Origin: Podospora anserina
Taxonomy: Eukaryota
NCBI GenBank assembly: GCA_017654855.1
Contig: CM030338.1
Location: 3,472,001 to 3,536,000 of the forward strand
Direction: 5' to 3'
Length of the DNA stretch: 64,000 nt
Of the stretch, positions 24,701 to 37,741 are shown piece by piece. Made by a program: the position numbers and the translations under genes. A model generated the notes under the pieces. The model saw only the letters and a program-made list of their open reading frames with translations, ran no database searches and was not told the DNA's origin. The number at the start of each line of letters is the position of its first letter. Position 1 is the first letter of the stretch.

Positions 24701-25340
24701 CCGGTCTCGGTCCACCAAACGTCGCGAATGGGGTGATTTTGCCAGTCCTGATCAAATATTCTCTTTGCGTCTCATTGGGAAGCCTTCCACCCACCGCTCC
24801 GGCCCCTTTGGACTGTGTCTCTGCAGCTCCCTCCTGATGTCTAGCCTCAATCCTGGTCTCAAAGTCCCTAACATCCTGCTCACAAATCTCAATCTCAGAG
24901 TCCAGCCGGGTGATTTCCTTCTGAATCCTAAGCCTGTTGGCAGGCGTGAGGTGGCCAGAAGTGAGTTTGGCCTGTTGGGTCTTTCGCTGGTTTTCCAGCC
25001 TCACTTTTTGGATCTGGGCTTTCTCGATACGCTTCCTGTCGCGAGTGTCTTCGGCTTCGATAAGGGCTGCGTTGGCTTGGAGGGTAATGTCGCGTTCTAG
25101 TTCGTCTTGGTCACGGACGTTTTCGGTAAGGTGAGCAAGGGCGGAAGCTTCGTCATCGAGATTGGGGGCGGCAAGGTCGGGGACGGGGTTCTCCATTGTG
25201 CTTTCGATGGCGGCGTTGAATTCTTTGGTCGATGGCGGATTCGGTTTGTCGGTTTGTGGTATTTCTTGCGAGGCATCACCGGCCGCATCGGGGCTTTCTG
25301 CCTCTGGGGGGCTCATGATGACGCTGTATTTTGGCGGCAT
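21747..25340 (-). CDS. RAD26: Transcription-coupled repair SNF2 ATPase Rad26/Rhp26/CSB (1197 aa, intronless)
   Basis: [80 protein letters not shown] and VTWTGEVG are CSB/Rad26 signatures. Confidence 0.95.
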   Translation of the reverse strand: [1197 protein letters not shown]

Positions 25341-28300
25341 TGCGGACGGCAATTTGCGATCTGGAAAGCCAATTTCGAGACCTTCGAGGTGGAGTGAATG
25401 ATGGCGTTCTGAAGCAATCAAAGGAGGAAAACAAGATTTCAAGTGCAATGAGACTGGATGGTACTTGCCATTCTAACTGCGACAAAAAATTAGGTGGAAG
25501 TTGTTGCTCAAAAGATGCCGTTCACTGTACGACGGACCTCCTGCCTAGAAGTCGCCATGGGAGCAATGACGCATCGAATCCACTCAGTCGCGCGCATCGA
25601 AACACCGCGCGATCATGTGACCTAAATTGCGTGCATCTTGCTTAGCTCAGCCCTGTGAGGCCAAAGTGGAGCCTTGGCAAGGGTTCAGGGGAGGGGGCCG
25701 ACTTCAACGTTCAACATCCTTGCTCGACGTCAATCTCAACGACAAGTCATCCTATGTTGGTCATTTAGCTGGATATCGTTTTATACTTCCAACTTTCTCG
25801 ACCATCACTACCGTGTCTTTAGACCATTGCGAAACTACGAGGAGTAGAGAAGCTTTCAAGGATCGTGGGCGGCCCGCGAGCATCAATATCAAGAGTGTGG
25901 CTGGTAATCTGACATTTGGAAAACTGCTGTTTAGAGCAACGCAAGGCTTTGGAGACTAGCCAATATCAAACCACTTATACAAGCATATCTGCAAGGAACA
26001 AATCTGGATCTACCTATACAGGCGCACAAATGAGAATGTCCAAAACAGGGTATAGTTCTAGACAGCCAGTCATGATCGTCAGTTACCCGTACACAGCTGA
26101 AAGCATGCCGTAGAATGTGTCAACTTAGCAAAACGTACTCGATGCATAATGGTCTCCCCTAGGCAATATCGCCGAGGCGTCCTACATGGCTTACCGAGAT
26201 CTCCACGAAGATTGGTTACACTGATGTCTGGCAAGCATGCTATCCTATGAGATGGGAGAGCGGGAGATTTTCGTGTCAAGAAGACAAGCCAGATACCAAT
26301 ACTCTTGGTTGCTGCCCGTTCCGGGCTCTGGACTTGATGAAACAGTAGCCCTTGGAACGCAAGGGTGAGGTTGCAAGAGATGGGGGCATTGCCGCCATGA
26401 GCTCCACGAAACCATGAAAGCTGTACACCACACCATGCGTGTCTATCGCCCACCCGCACCGTACTCGTCAAAGGCACTGACTGCCCTTACACAGGTAGAA
26501 TCCAGGAGCGGAGACCCGTGGAGTCTTTGGTAAAGGATGTACCGTTTGTACCGTCTTCTCCGGCCAGAAAACCTGGAACATTGACCAAAGCGGGTGGTCG
26601 TCTCACACTAGCAGACAAATTTTCCTCTCATCACCTCCCACTCATGTGTTCTGCCCTCGTCATTCGTCGGCCTCCTGCCCTTCCTTTCACCCGGTGGGCT
26701 CCTGTGGAAACCCCGCTACAAGAGCGAAGGCATTAGAAATCAGGGTGGTCCAATAGCCGCAGAACACGAAGGCTCATCTGCGAAGTCTCCTTCTCAAACA
26801 GGCAGACGAGGCGCTGAGAGGGGGTTCTTGGTGTGCAGTCGCTCTCTTCTACCTCACCGCCCTTTGCGATTGCTCGTTTCACGGGCCGGATAACATGAGG
26901 TATCGAGTTCTCTTGCTGTTGGGTCGCAACTTGGTAGGGAGGATCGATCTGTCTTTTACGCATGGTATACGGGTAAAGTTGTTCCGACTCTGGAGTCCCT
27001 CACCATGTTATCTCCGTACTTCAGGGGCGGCGAGGAGGAAAATGTTAACGGACTGGCTGGCAGGTGGTGTGATACACATCCTGTGAAAAGTTCGATAAGC
27101 TTTGATCGGGATGCCCTTTCTGCGACACACCGTCGCCGTTTCCCCGCTCGGTACCCTTTTGCCTTCTCCTTTGATCATGGCGTTAGGCTGTTTCCGGCCT
27201 TAAAGGTTGTTGATATACCCTCATATAGCGGCCTGATATAGCCCGGGTCTGGGGGTAGAACACGACTCCACTCTTGCCACAGAATGACAAAAAAGCGCGC
27301 TGCTGATGGGGCCCTCCAACCTCCTCAGATTCTGTGTGCAGTCGTCTCTTGATCGGTCATGGTGCGAGCTGTCTCGGTTTCTGCAAGTGGTAAGTATGTC
27401 GTTGTCTGGTTTTGCCGCAGTGCATAGACGGGGTCCACCAGTATCGCGAGTTCTTGGCGCTTACAGAACTGCAGACCCTTTCCTCATGTATCACTATCGG
27501 ATAAATTCAAGATCCCTAAGAGTATCTGGAGATGACTGACGTGGTGTTTCTGTCGGTCCAAGAGCCACAGGCTGCCAACCTGCGCTTTGACACTGCTTTT
27601 GTCTTTTGGTCGTGGTCCCAGCCAGTCTGCTCCACCGGGTGAAGCAAGTCGCAATTTATACGAGACGCAAGTGATATCGCGGGCTTGATGGCCGCATGGT
27701 GTGGTTGCCAAGTCAGTGGGTAGGCCGCCCTCTACACTATATGTGCCGTCCAGGAGCAATAACCGCCAGCAGAGAACTGCGCGGCTTCAGCAGGTACCGC
27801 TTCAGGGCACCTGGAGATATACCATGAGCTTCACCAATCCCAACCACCTACTGAGGGAGACCAACACACTGAGGGGAGCATAAGACCGTATATTAGAACT
27901 TAATCTCCGATTGGGTCACGTCCCGTCTGATGTCGCAATGGGGGCGAGGCCATGATCCTCTATATCTGGAGTTTGTTATCTCGGCCGTACTTTGGAGTTG
28001 GGTGTTGAAGGAATGGGAACCATCTTAGCGTTATTTAGAAAGAAACACCGAACTCGCCTGTCTTGGGTGACAGTGGGATACTTCATGAAAGTTGTCGGTT
28101 GCTTTCAGAGTGCTGGTTAGAGAGCCACAAGCAGCACGAGCAGCAAGATTGCAAGGCTGGAAAGGTTTTGACGGTAGATGGCGAGGTCGAAACATGTATG
28201 GTCAGGCAAAGCCAGGTATCTGGTACACCGAGGAGCCTGTCGCTCACATCTCGCGGGACGACCCATAACAACCGAGAGGTGTTACGCATAGAAACCTTGG

Positions 28301-30087
28301 CGCCATCGCGCTACACAGACAGTTTCTCGTGGAGCGTGTTGCTCGATCACTGGTGAACCAAACTACAGGACGCAATTTCGCAGAGAAGGTAATGCCGTGC
28401 CCCGACCAAGGCAGTGGCAGTCTGCCAACCTCCATGAACCAGGCACAAAGATGACCTGAGGGCGGGGGAACGACAGTTCCAAGGTTGACTGGGTTAGGTG
28501 CCTAGGTGGCTGACAACAGGATCCAGGGAGATAGTGGTACATCGGCAGCGCAAAGGAGCTTTTTTCTCGGAGTATTACCGAAACAGGGGTCTCGCCTCCT
28601 GCAAAGAACCTGCCTGTCAGCGCCCAACAACCCCTGTGCTGTCCAGTCCTGATCTCCAAGCGATGTAGCTCCTGTGGCTGTCCAAAAGCGAAGCAGAAAC
28701 CGATTCGACCACGGAAGGTCAAGAAGGCGTATCGTAGTTGTTGGCAAGTGTTTCAGTTCCAGATGCATGTGTCTGCCGCACGTCATGCATACTGCGCGTA
28801 TATTGTTGCCAAGGAGCCAGACCATGACAGAGACGAGCCTCGTTGGGAGGGAATCTGGCGAATTCTCCGAGACCTACTTGGCGAAGCTGTAGCAGGGGCC
28901 AACTTCCACAACCCTGCCTCCAGGGGTGTGCCGCAACAGCCGACTGCATCTCTGCACGTGGAGGTTTGCTGTGACTCGGAATCCATATGTTGGAAGCGGA
29001 CGGGGAATGCGGAGTAGCTATGAGGGTGACAGGCTCAATATACAGTGCAGCGACGAGATACTCAAAGGAGATCCCGAGGGGAATGGTGTGAAAGGTGATG
29101 ATGTACCTATTTGTCACCAGATACCTAAGACACCCTGGGCAGCCGGCCCTATCTTGGCAACCGTTGAAGCGCACGGAGCAAGCCTTACTTCGTATGAACA
29201 GCTCCTAGATGCTTCTAGTTGGATCTGACTGTCGTGATTTGATCTGGATGTGAACTCTGAAGAGGAATAAACAATATACTATTATGTAGACAAGGCCTTC
29301 TCCTTGCCGTCTTAAAAAGTGTAAACATGGTTGATCAGAACACCTAGGAGAGAATATCGTAGAAGTATGTATGCCACTGCCTTTTCAGCTTTCAAGTCCC
29401 GATCCAAACACAGCTGGCCTGTGATATCTTCTGTGCACGCGACAATCCTCTCCGAGGATCCACCTAGCTCGTCCATAGCTTGCGCTTGTGTCCTCTCCTG
29501 TCTCTCGTGTGTATCCTCTTCTTGTCCGTCCATGCAAAAATATTACCCTTTCGTTGGCCCCCCATCTGGAAATCGTGCCTCATTCCTCGGTCGTAGGCGT
29601 TGCGTAGTCTATAGTCGCGCGCCTGTCGTGTATGTCGTAACTTTCCGCCCATCCGACCGAGTCTATATCATAAAAAAGCTAAAACAAATGTGTAGGACGA
29701 AATAGATGCCACAAAGGAAAAACAGAGCACAAAATTGTAGAATTTCAGCGGTTTCGGGGTATCTCAAATATTAGCGCCGCTTCTGTTCCAACAAAACAGC
29801 AAGCCCATCCCCTAAACATAAATCCATCCGCTAACAAAGAAAAGTAAATCAAGAAGCACGAGAGTGCGGAAAGAAGATGAAAAGGTATTGTCTGTGGATA
29901 AGCAAATCCAGTGTATGTGAAGGTAAATCCTAGATCGGGCCCTGTTCGATGGGCGATATGGACAATGTGTCTGTGGAAGCTGGAAGGAAGCCCCTACGGG
30001 TCGTACTGGATGCAGTCACTGGAGTTGTGACGGGTAAACGGTGGTGTCCCCCTCAGGTGCCGGAGCTCCTGGTGGAGACGCTGATTG

Positions 30088-31286
30088 CTATAAGTCTTCG
30101 CCTGATAGCTGTGCTGCCCTCTCGCGGCATGCAGCTGGTGTGAATCCGGTGCCGACTTTGTTGGCAACGATACGCCACTTTTCGTTTTCGTAATCTTGCA
30201 GAGCGGTTTTGAGTTTTTGATCCTAGACTGCTGTCAGCTTTTTCTGACATTACTTGTCAGAGTGCAAAGGGGGATACTGACCGTTTCATCCGTCCACTGT
30301 GTTGTCTTCGCCTTGAGTTTGGTGCAGTAACGCACTTGCAATGTCCCGCTTGACCGACCAGGGAAGAAGTCCGCAATTTGTTTCCACGTTAAGCTCTTGT
30401 TCTCCTTCAAGTCAATCAAGAGCTGATCATCCTCTGGCGTAAACTTCAGCTTAGGCCCCCTCGGTCTGGGAGCTGGGGCTGGCATCCCAGCTTGCCCAAC
30501 CACGCTCGGAGCTCCGGCTCCTATGCTGCTCTCCCCATCACGTCGCATCAACTTGTTCGGAGGTCCTGTGTCTGGCAGCCGGTGGTGGTGATGTGCTGGC
30601 GGGACTCCCGTTGCTTGGGCATAGGCAGCGCCTAGGGGCGTTTGCTGCATTGAATCCAGCTCGTTCTGTTCAAGTTCCGATATACCGGGAACCGAAAGAT
30701 CGAGATCATCAGGCCGTTGACGCTTCACGCCGGCAGTAGACCCATGGGTCGGGGTTAGAGATGGGTAGAGGGGGGGCACGACGTTGTGGGGAGAGGGGCC
30801 GGCGCCGTAATGCGATGGCCCTGGATGGGCAGGGTGGCCGAGATGTCGCGCCCCCGGATGGCCGCCCAGGTGCGATGGGTCTGTGAGAATTGGGTGAGGG
30901 TGAGGGTGAGGGTGATGTTGGTGAGTGGCAGGATAATGCTGTGGCAGGCCGTGGTGGGATTGATGGGGAGGCGGCTCATGGAGGGGCGGCGGCCCGGCGT
31001 GCTGAAGCGAGCCGCGATGGTGGTGCGTATCATAAGGATGCGGAGCTTGGCTCTGCTCGGCCGTATGCGGCTCCTGTGACGAGTAGTCGACATTGTAATC
31101 CGGTCCTACGCGATAATTGCCCGCCAGTGTGCCTCCGATGCATGGGTTCCGCCAGAGCGAGCCGCCCTGGCTGGTCGCCGGATTCTGAATGGAAAGAATT
31201 GGAGGAAACTGGGCCCCGCGGGGCTTCTTCGGCGGAGAGGTTGGCGTGTGGTGCTGTTCGTGCCCACTCAAAATGGCTGCTGTCAA
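30088..31286 (-). CDS. Myb/SANT DNA-binding transcription factor; last exon 30222-30088, intron 30223-30281; 5' end unresolved
   Basis: KLKFTPEDDQLLIDLKENKSLTWKQIADFFPGRSSGTLQVRYCTKLK, then after the GTCAGT..CTGAC..TAG intron DQKLKTALQDYENEKWRIVANKVG..ACRERA. His/Pro-rich N-terminal part with no in-frame ATG nearby (see findings). Confidence 0.85.
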
Positions 31287-34200
31287 ACCTGGGACTTGCT
31301 ACTTGCTCTCCTCGCTGATGAAAAGAGCCTGGCTGTCGAGGAAAACCAGGGCACATGTGGTGGTGGCTGCTGGTGAGCGGGCTCGTTCAGAAAGACTTCG
31401 GTGATAGGCTGTGTCGGTCACGTTGGTGTTGGGGGGTGGGCCCTCCTCTTGGTAGCTTACTGTGTGATAGCTACAGTATATGTGTGCGTGTGCGGTATCT
31501 CGCTGTGGGCGGTAGGCGTCAAATAGTATTACGTCGGTCTCGACATTGGCTGCTAATGATCGGTTCGGTCCAACTTTTGGTCGATGGTTTGGAAAAGATA
31601 CAGGCAGAGAACGCAGAGTCCAGAGCAAGCGGCAGTGGGCATGACTGGCATTATATCGTCTGATATTCGGTACCGTGTAGCAGAGTGAGAGGGAGGGTGT
31701 GGGTTTAGTACCTGTTGCCTGCCTGCTTTGGGTCCAAGAGTTAAAGCATTCGTTAGATACTTCCCATGTGCCTGACAACAGATCGTTCCTGAGCAAAGGT
31801 GGAGCCCGAGCTACCTCGACCAACGATGACGGTAGCATAATTTGAGGATCTTATGCCATGGTCTAGCTGCCGGATATAGAAACCGCACCCCGGCAGCAGT
31901 TGATGATGCAACGACGGGGGCATGAGTGCTTGGCTTGACCGGCAGGGTTATGAATACAGGACTAATCTATCCTACTCAATGACCCCGGCCGACTCATACC
32001 AACGAGGGGGAACTAGGGAAACAAAACGGCCCAAAGAGAGATGTGGGATGGAAACCGCATGGAAGAAGACTAAACATCCAGCTCAATGGAGAATTAAAAT
32101 GTGAAACAGGACCACCATGCAGGCGGAGACGGGCATTACGACAAGTGACTCCAGGTCCTTCAGTGAGATTCTCGTCCACTGCAGTAACGGCACTTGCCTT
32201 GCGAACCAAACTTGACAACGATGCTGCCGTCTGTCATCTCTTTGTGCGAGATCTGCTGGAAAAGAGCAGAAAGGGACTGGGGTCAAGGGGATAGCAGAAC
32301 ATCCAGGCCAGCCTAGCCTACTGACCAGGCTGGGAGGGCAGAGAGCTTGCAGGAAACAGCGCGAATGTACTTGGCGATGATGCTCGCTGGGGCCGGTCAG
32401 GTACTGGCGGGTACCCAGGAAGGACCACGGTACCTTGCTGATGAGTCCGCCGAGCGTTGCAAAATGCCGTGTGGGAGGCAAGCGGAGAAGCTGCTGGGTT
32501 TTGGTGGTGGGCTCGAGTCCTGTCCTAAAAGGGCCCTAATAGACCAGGGGGCCTATATCAGACACAGACCAGAGCTCGGTTCACGGGCACACCATAGGGC
32601 AACCGGAAGACCGACTGCTGGTCCAACGGCCACATGATTAGCTCCCGTGTCCCCTAGAGCTGCCAAAAGCTCCAGGATCCTGGCATTGCCAACGCAAGGC
32701 TCGCGCTCGGTATGAGAGAGAACACCAGTTGTCAGCCAGCTCAGGCGCTGCCTCTGTTCATATCGCCGGGAATTTTGACGACATGTTGGTACAAGTGCAC
32801 GGCGTAAACCCGTGCCTCTGCATGCTTCTGGAAGGGCTTGACCCCGGTCTGGAAAAGAGCAGGATACCCGTCGAGTCGGCCGGCAGAAGCGTTCCCGTTG
32901 TAACCCTTTCATGGAGCAAAACCGTGCGTGGTCGGCGATCAGAGTTGCAAGATACCGGTGACGATGGCGAGGACGTGCGCGAAGCTATAGGCGCCCCGGG
33001 TATGATATGCCCAGGATACCATATCCAGATCCATATCCGGTTCATCTGATCATCGAGAGTGAGTGGAGGTTGATGGGAAGAGGCGAACACACCGTCCGTT
33101 CTATCGGCAACAAGCGCGACTGACGAGCTGGGCCACGGGCAGTACCATCTTGACAGCGAGTGTGGTAGGGAACTCGGATGAGGCTAATCTCGGGACCCCC
33201 AAGATTGCGCATATGTCAATGCTGCGAGGGTTCCCGGTCGTTCGCGGCCAACTGACTGTACAAAACAAGGTGTCAGCAGGAGAAGAAAAGGGCGGCAGAT
33301 CCAGTTTTGCCAAACAAGAGACAGAAAAGTCAGGAAAGGGTAGCTGTTCGGCTCAAAGTGGACGTGCCGGCCGACTACGACGGCGCCGGTGTTTCTTGGC
33401 AGCCAGGAGGTGCTGCAGCGCAACGATTTTCTGACACGGTGGAGGCTCTGGCCAAGCATCGCATGAAGGAAACGCGTTTCATTCGAACCTTGCAATTAAA
33501 GGCCGTGTTATGCTCCCGCAATGGCAAGATTAACGTGATTTCGGGTTTCTAGAATCCTGCAGCGGTCTTCTAGCTTGAAGCGGGCGACCGGAAAGTCCGG
33601 GACTGTCAAGATATCGAAGCTTCGAAGATTCCAAGGGAGCTTCAACATGGACGCCATCGCTGGGTCACCGAAAAGGTCCAAGCGGCCAGGAGAGCGAGAG
33701 AAGCCGGGCCGTGAGGGTGGTGATGACCGCGTTCCCGTTGATCGTCGCGCATCAGAGTATGTATTTGCTTGAGACATATCCTTTTCTATCTCGATCCGTT
33801 GATGTCTTGATGGTGCCCTGATGATTGTTTAATTTTTAGCGCACCTCCACTGTTCGTCATAATCCACCAAAAATAGGCAGTCACTAGGGATGCCTTCACC
33901 CCTCGCTCCCACCGCCGCCATGGTTCGAAAAACGGCACTTTGGACGACGACGAACGGTGGATCCCGAAGTTAATGAGATCGGAAGAAAGATTCATGCGAC
34001 CTCACTAGCTGAGTCCAACCCATGTCGCCAGGCTGAACGAGGCTGACGCAACAGCAGAAGATCGGACGGCCACAAGCGCCTCATAGCTTAGGTAGCACAA
34101 CGGACGCAGCTCGCTACGAGGTAGCCGAAAAATACAGGTGTAAACAATCAGCATCTGCGGTCCATCTCGCGAGCAACTGTGACACCATTTTCCTGCTCGG

Positions 34201-35695
34201 CCTGGCCTTCCGAGACTCCTGATCAGCGTTTCGACTCGGCCCGGGATGGGGGGGAAGAAGCTCGAGGTGGAGTCGTTACCCCGGATCGGGCTTGCCGCCG
34301 CGGGTCAGGGTCAAGCTCCCAAGACAGTCCGGGGTCTACATGAACACCCATCCCATCTCATCGTCCGCCTACCCTACGGATCCTGGCCCTGCCGTTCAAA
34401 GCAATGGAGATATTCCATCCTGCCTAGGCAGTCCCTATCAGCCCACGAACTTCGGGCCAGAGCTCCTGAGCTTCAGGCAGCACGGAAGGAATACCTACCT
34501 ATTGCGCTGGAGCTCAAGGTCAATTCTCCGCTCGGGACCTGCAGCGGACATTTCCCACATCTGCAGGGACGGCTTGGCGTGCATGTTTCCATGCCGACTT
34601 TAAACACACCACACGCCTCAAGTGCTCACTCCGCCAGAGAAATAAACGCGGACGTAGGCGTTCAATAGTTCCTCCTACCTAACCCACACCTCTATCGCAG
34701 TGGCCTTGGAAGCATCGCCAACTTTCCCAAGTGGGAAACTCGTCCATTCCTCCCACCTCCCCACGCATGAACGCATTGAGCGCAATCTCTTGTGATCAGC
34801 GATATCCAACCGCTGAATCAGCCCTTACAGATGGTGTCTTCTCACTACGGGAAGAACAACCTCTCGGTTCCACCGTGCTGGTCTCTCTCTTTTTTTTTTT
34901 GCCCTCCCGGTCCTGGGGTGTACGATCGTCCTTCGTCCCGCACCGCATGTAGACAGTCTTTAGCCCTCAACCTCGGATCACACTTGTGTGGGCAATCATA
35001 CGGGCATCGCTTCACTATATTGCGTCACCTCTCGCAAGCTTTGCCTTCCGGTCGGTTCGTAAGGTGAGCGGTAGGTCGGATGATCCAGCTTGGCAAAGAA
35101 AGCAGTCGGGCAATGGGAGGAGTGTGTGGTGTATAGCTAGGTAGTTGTCCCGAGGCCGTGGGGTTGGCAATGAGGCAGGTGATGTTTTGTCTTCTTTCTG
35201 GGCTGAGCCTTCGATCTTTTACAAAGCCCACCTAATCCTCCCACGCTTTACCCTAACCCTGTATTTCAGTGACCTGTACTCAGCTTATCTTATCCATCTT
35301 ATCGTAGCGCAGAACCTGGAAAGCTTGCATCTCGCATGTCTCCACACAGCACCATCAAATTGGCGGGATCTTTGTGAACAAATTCACATCATCGAGCTCG
35401 ACGAGTGCAACGAAGTCCCACGCCGGAAGCCGTGAGCACATGGCTAGACCTTCCGGGGGCAGTAGATAAATAACATTGTTGTAGCAATTGATGGTTGTGT
35501 GCCGCATGTCGACACTGATTGGGCGGGAGGGCATCGGTATAATTCTCTTACGCCGTGCGACATCTTACTTACCTCCTCAACTTCAACATGGTATCATTGA
35601 TGTGATCCTAGGTTGTCTTGAAATCAAGTTTCCAGACCTGCCGTAAACCTTTTTTTTTACTTCCCTTTTTTTCACTCGACAAGTGCTTGTACACA

Positions 35696-37741
35696 ATGTC
35701 GCGCGAACCGCCTTTTGATGGGCCCCTGCAACAGCCGCGCGACTTCGCAACAGACCCACCGGCTGCTCCTCCAGATCTTGACACCGCTGTTGACACCACC
35801 AGCCACCGCGTTCGATATAACCCCAACATCGATACCAGCATTGCGGAAAAAGCTGCCCCCACGAACGATGCCGCGACCAGCCCGAGAAAGGCACCCGCCC
35901 GCGCAGATACCGGTGCGCCCTTCAGCCCCACCAGTCGACGGCGCACAACCCGGGCCGGCACATTTCGGACAGTTGACAACTTCGAAGACTTTGAACTCCG
36001 CCCGGGATGGCATCGTATGTTTACCTGAACACCCGCGACCATGTCGAACTTGTCCTGCTCCTCGACGCTTACCATACTCCTTTGCAGCCGGTTCGGAACC
36101 AGGGGTCGATCCACTCAAGCCAGATGGTGGCCACGCATCTATGCCTCAACTGAGCGCCCCATGCCAGATCACTATTGTCGACTTCTCCGAAGACAAGCTC
36201 TCGATTCAGAACAAGGACAACTCGTCTCTCGGCTCTTTCTTGGAGGTGCCACAACCAAAGTGGGCAAAATGTCGGTGGATCAATGTGAATGGCCTGAGCT
36301 GGGACGTTATCCAGCTGCTGGGGAAGCACAAGAGCCTTCATAAACTGGCCGTGGAAGATATTATGAACACGAGGAGCAGGACAAAGGCCGAGTGGTATCC
36401 AACACATGCCTTCATTGTCTTGACTCTTCAAAGGCTTGACGACACCTACAGGGACTCTGACGACGAGAGCTCTGATTCTGATGAGGCTGATGACACATCT
36501 AGCCATGCTAGTAATCGCAGCATCTTCAGTGGGAAAACTGGCAAGTATTCCCGGAAGCTCTTGAGGCGGTTGAAACGGACATTCCGTGCTGGGAAGTTCT
36601 CCTCAGACACCACATTAGAGGGTGGGAAGGACTGGCCCCAGGATGGCTCTGGGCCGTATCCCAGGGCTTCACGGTCTGAGTACCCAGAGGGCCCGACCAG
36701 AACCTTGCGAAGATACCACGCCGCACCAGACGATCCTATCGCAAGGTTTATGGACAGGAACTCAGCCCTGATCTCCAAAAACTACACGGTAGCCTGTGAG
36801 CAGGTCTCCATGTTCATCACGAACGACAACACCATAATTAGTTTCTTTGAAGAATCGGCTGAAGTGATAGAGGCACCCATCATCCAACGTCTCCAGACGA
36901 GTGATACAATCATCCGACAGTGCGTACACCTCCCGTTCTCATCGCTAGTGCTTGACTAACAGGCCTTGATTTCTAGCTCATGCGATGCGTCCATGGTGGG
37001 ACACGCAGTACTGGATGGAATTATCGATCTTGCCATCCAGGTAGCGAGCTGCTATCGTGATGCTATCGGCGATATTGAACCCGAAGTGTTGACTCACCCC
37101 AACATCGGCCACACCAAAAAGCTGTACATCCTCACATCGGAGATCAATGCGCTGATTAGTTTCATCAATCCAATCACGACATTGATACAAGCCCTGCGTG
37201 ATCACAAAACGGATATGGCGCTCGACAAAGCCATGGCCAAAATCCTGGACCCCAATCATGACCCCATCATCACCACGCTGACGTACACCTATCTCGGTGA
37301 TGTCCTGGACCACTGCGTCCTCATCACAGATACTTTAAATAGGCTCAAGAGCTCCGCTGATGGGATGATAGGGCTGATTTTCAACACCATTTCAGCACAT
37401 CAGAATGAATCCATGAAGCAATTGACCACAGCCACCATTATCTTCTTGCCGCTCACTTTCATCACGGGTTACTTCGGGCAAAACTTTGCTCCGTTCACCG
37501 TTTTAGAGCAAGATATTGGCTACTTGTGAGTGTTTCTCTCTCCGGTTTCGAGAGTCCATCTGTCAAGCAGGCTAACCAGTCTATTTGAAGCTGGAAAATC
37601 GCTGTCCCTGTCGTCTTTGCGACGATAATCCTTTTGCAGAGGGAAGCCATTGTCGACTATTGCAAGGCCATCTTCCAGCGTCGTTATCTCTGGGAGTTGA
37701 AGAAAAGGCGCTCGGATCGACGAAACAAGAAGCGGGTTTGA
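35696..37741 (+). CDS. CorA-family Mg2+/Co2+ transporter-like protein (~616 aa); exons 35696-36014, 36088-36919, 36977-37525, 37591-37741
   Basis: RPGWHPGSEPGVD, CRWINVNGLSWDVI, LHKLAVED, EQVSMF and NESMKQLTTATIIFLPLTFITGYFGQNF (GQN variant of the GMN motif). Three canonical introns keep the frame. Confidence 0.9.

Noticed and set aside
25341-25448. N-terminal extension of RAD26
   Set aside because: Begins at TTG with no supporting features; ATG 25340 is the simpler start.
31900-35600. Short overlapping ORFs between the Myb and CorA genes
   Set aside because: No recognisable domains or consistent splice model; most likely a long divergent regulatory region.
36920-36976. Apparent GC-AG intron in the CorA gene
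   Set aside because: A standard GTGCGT donor at 36920 gives the correct frame.
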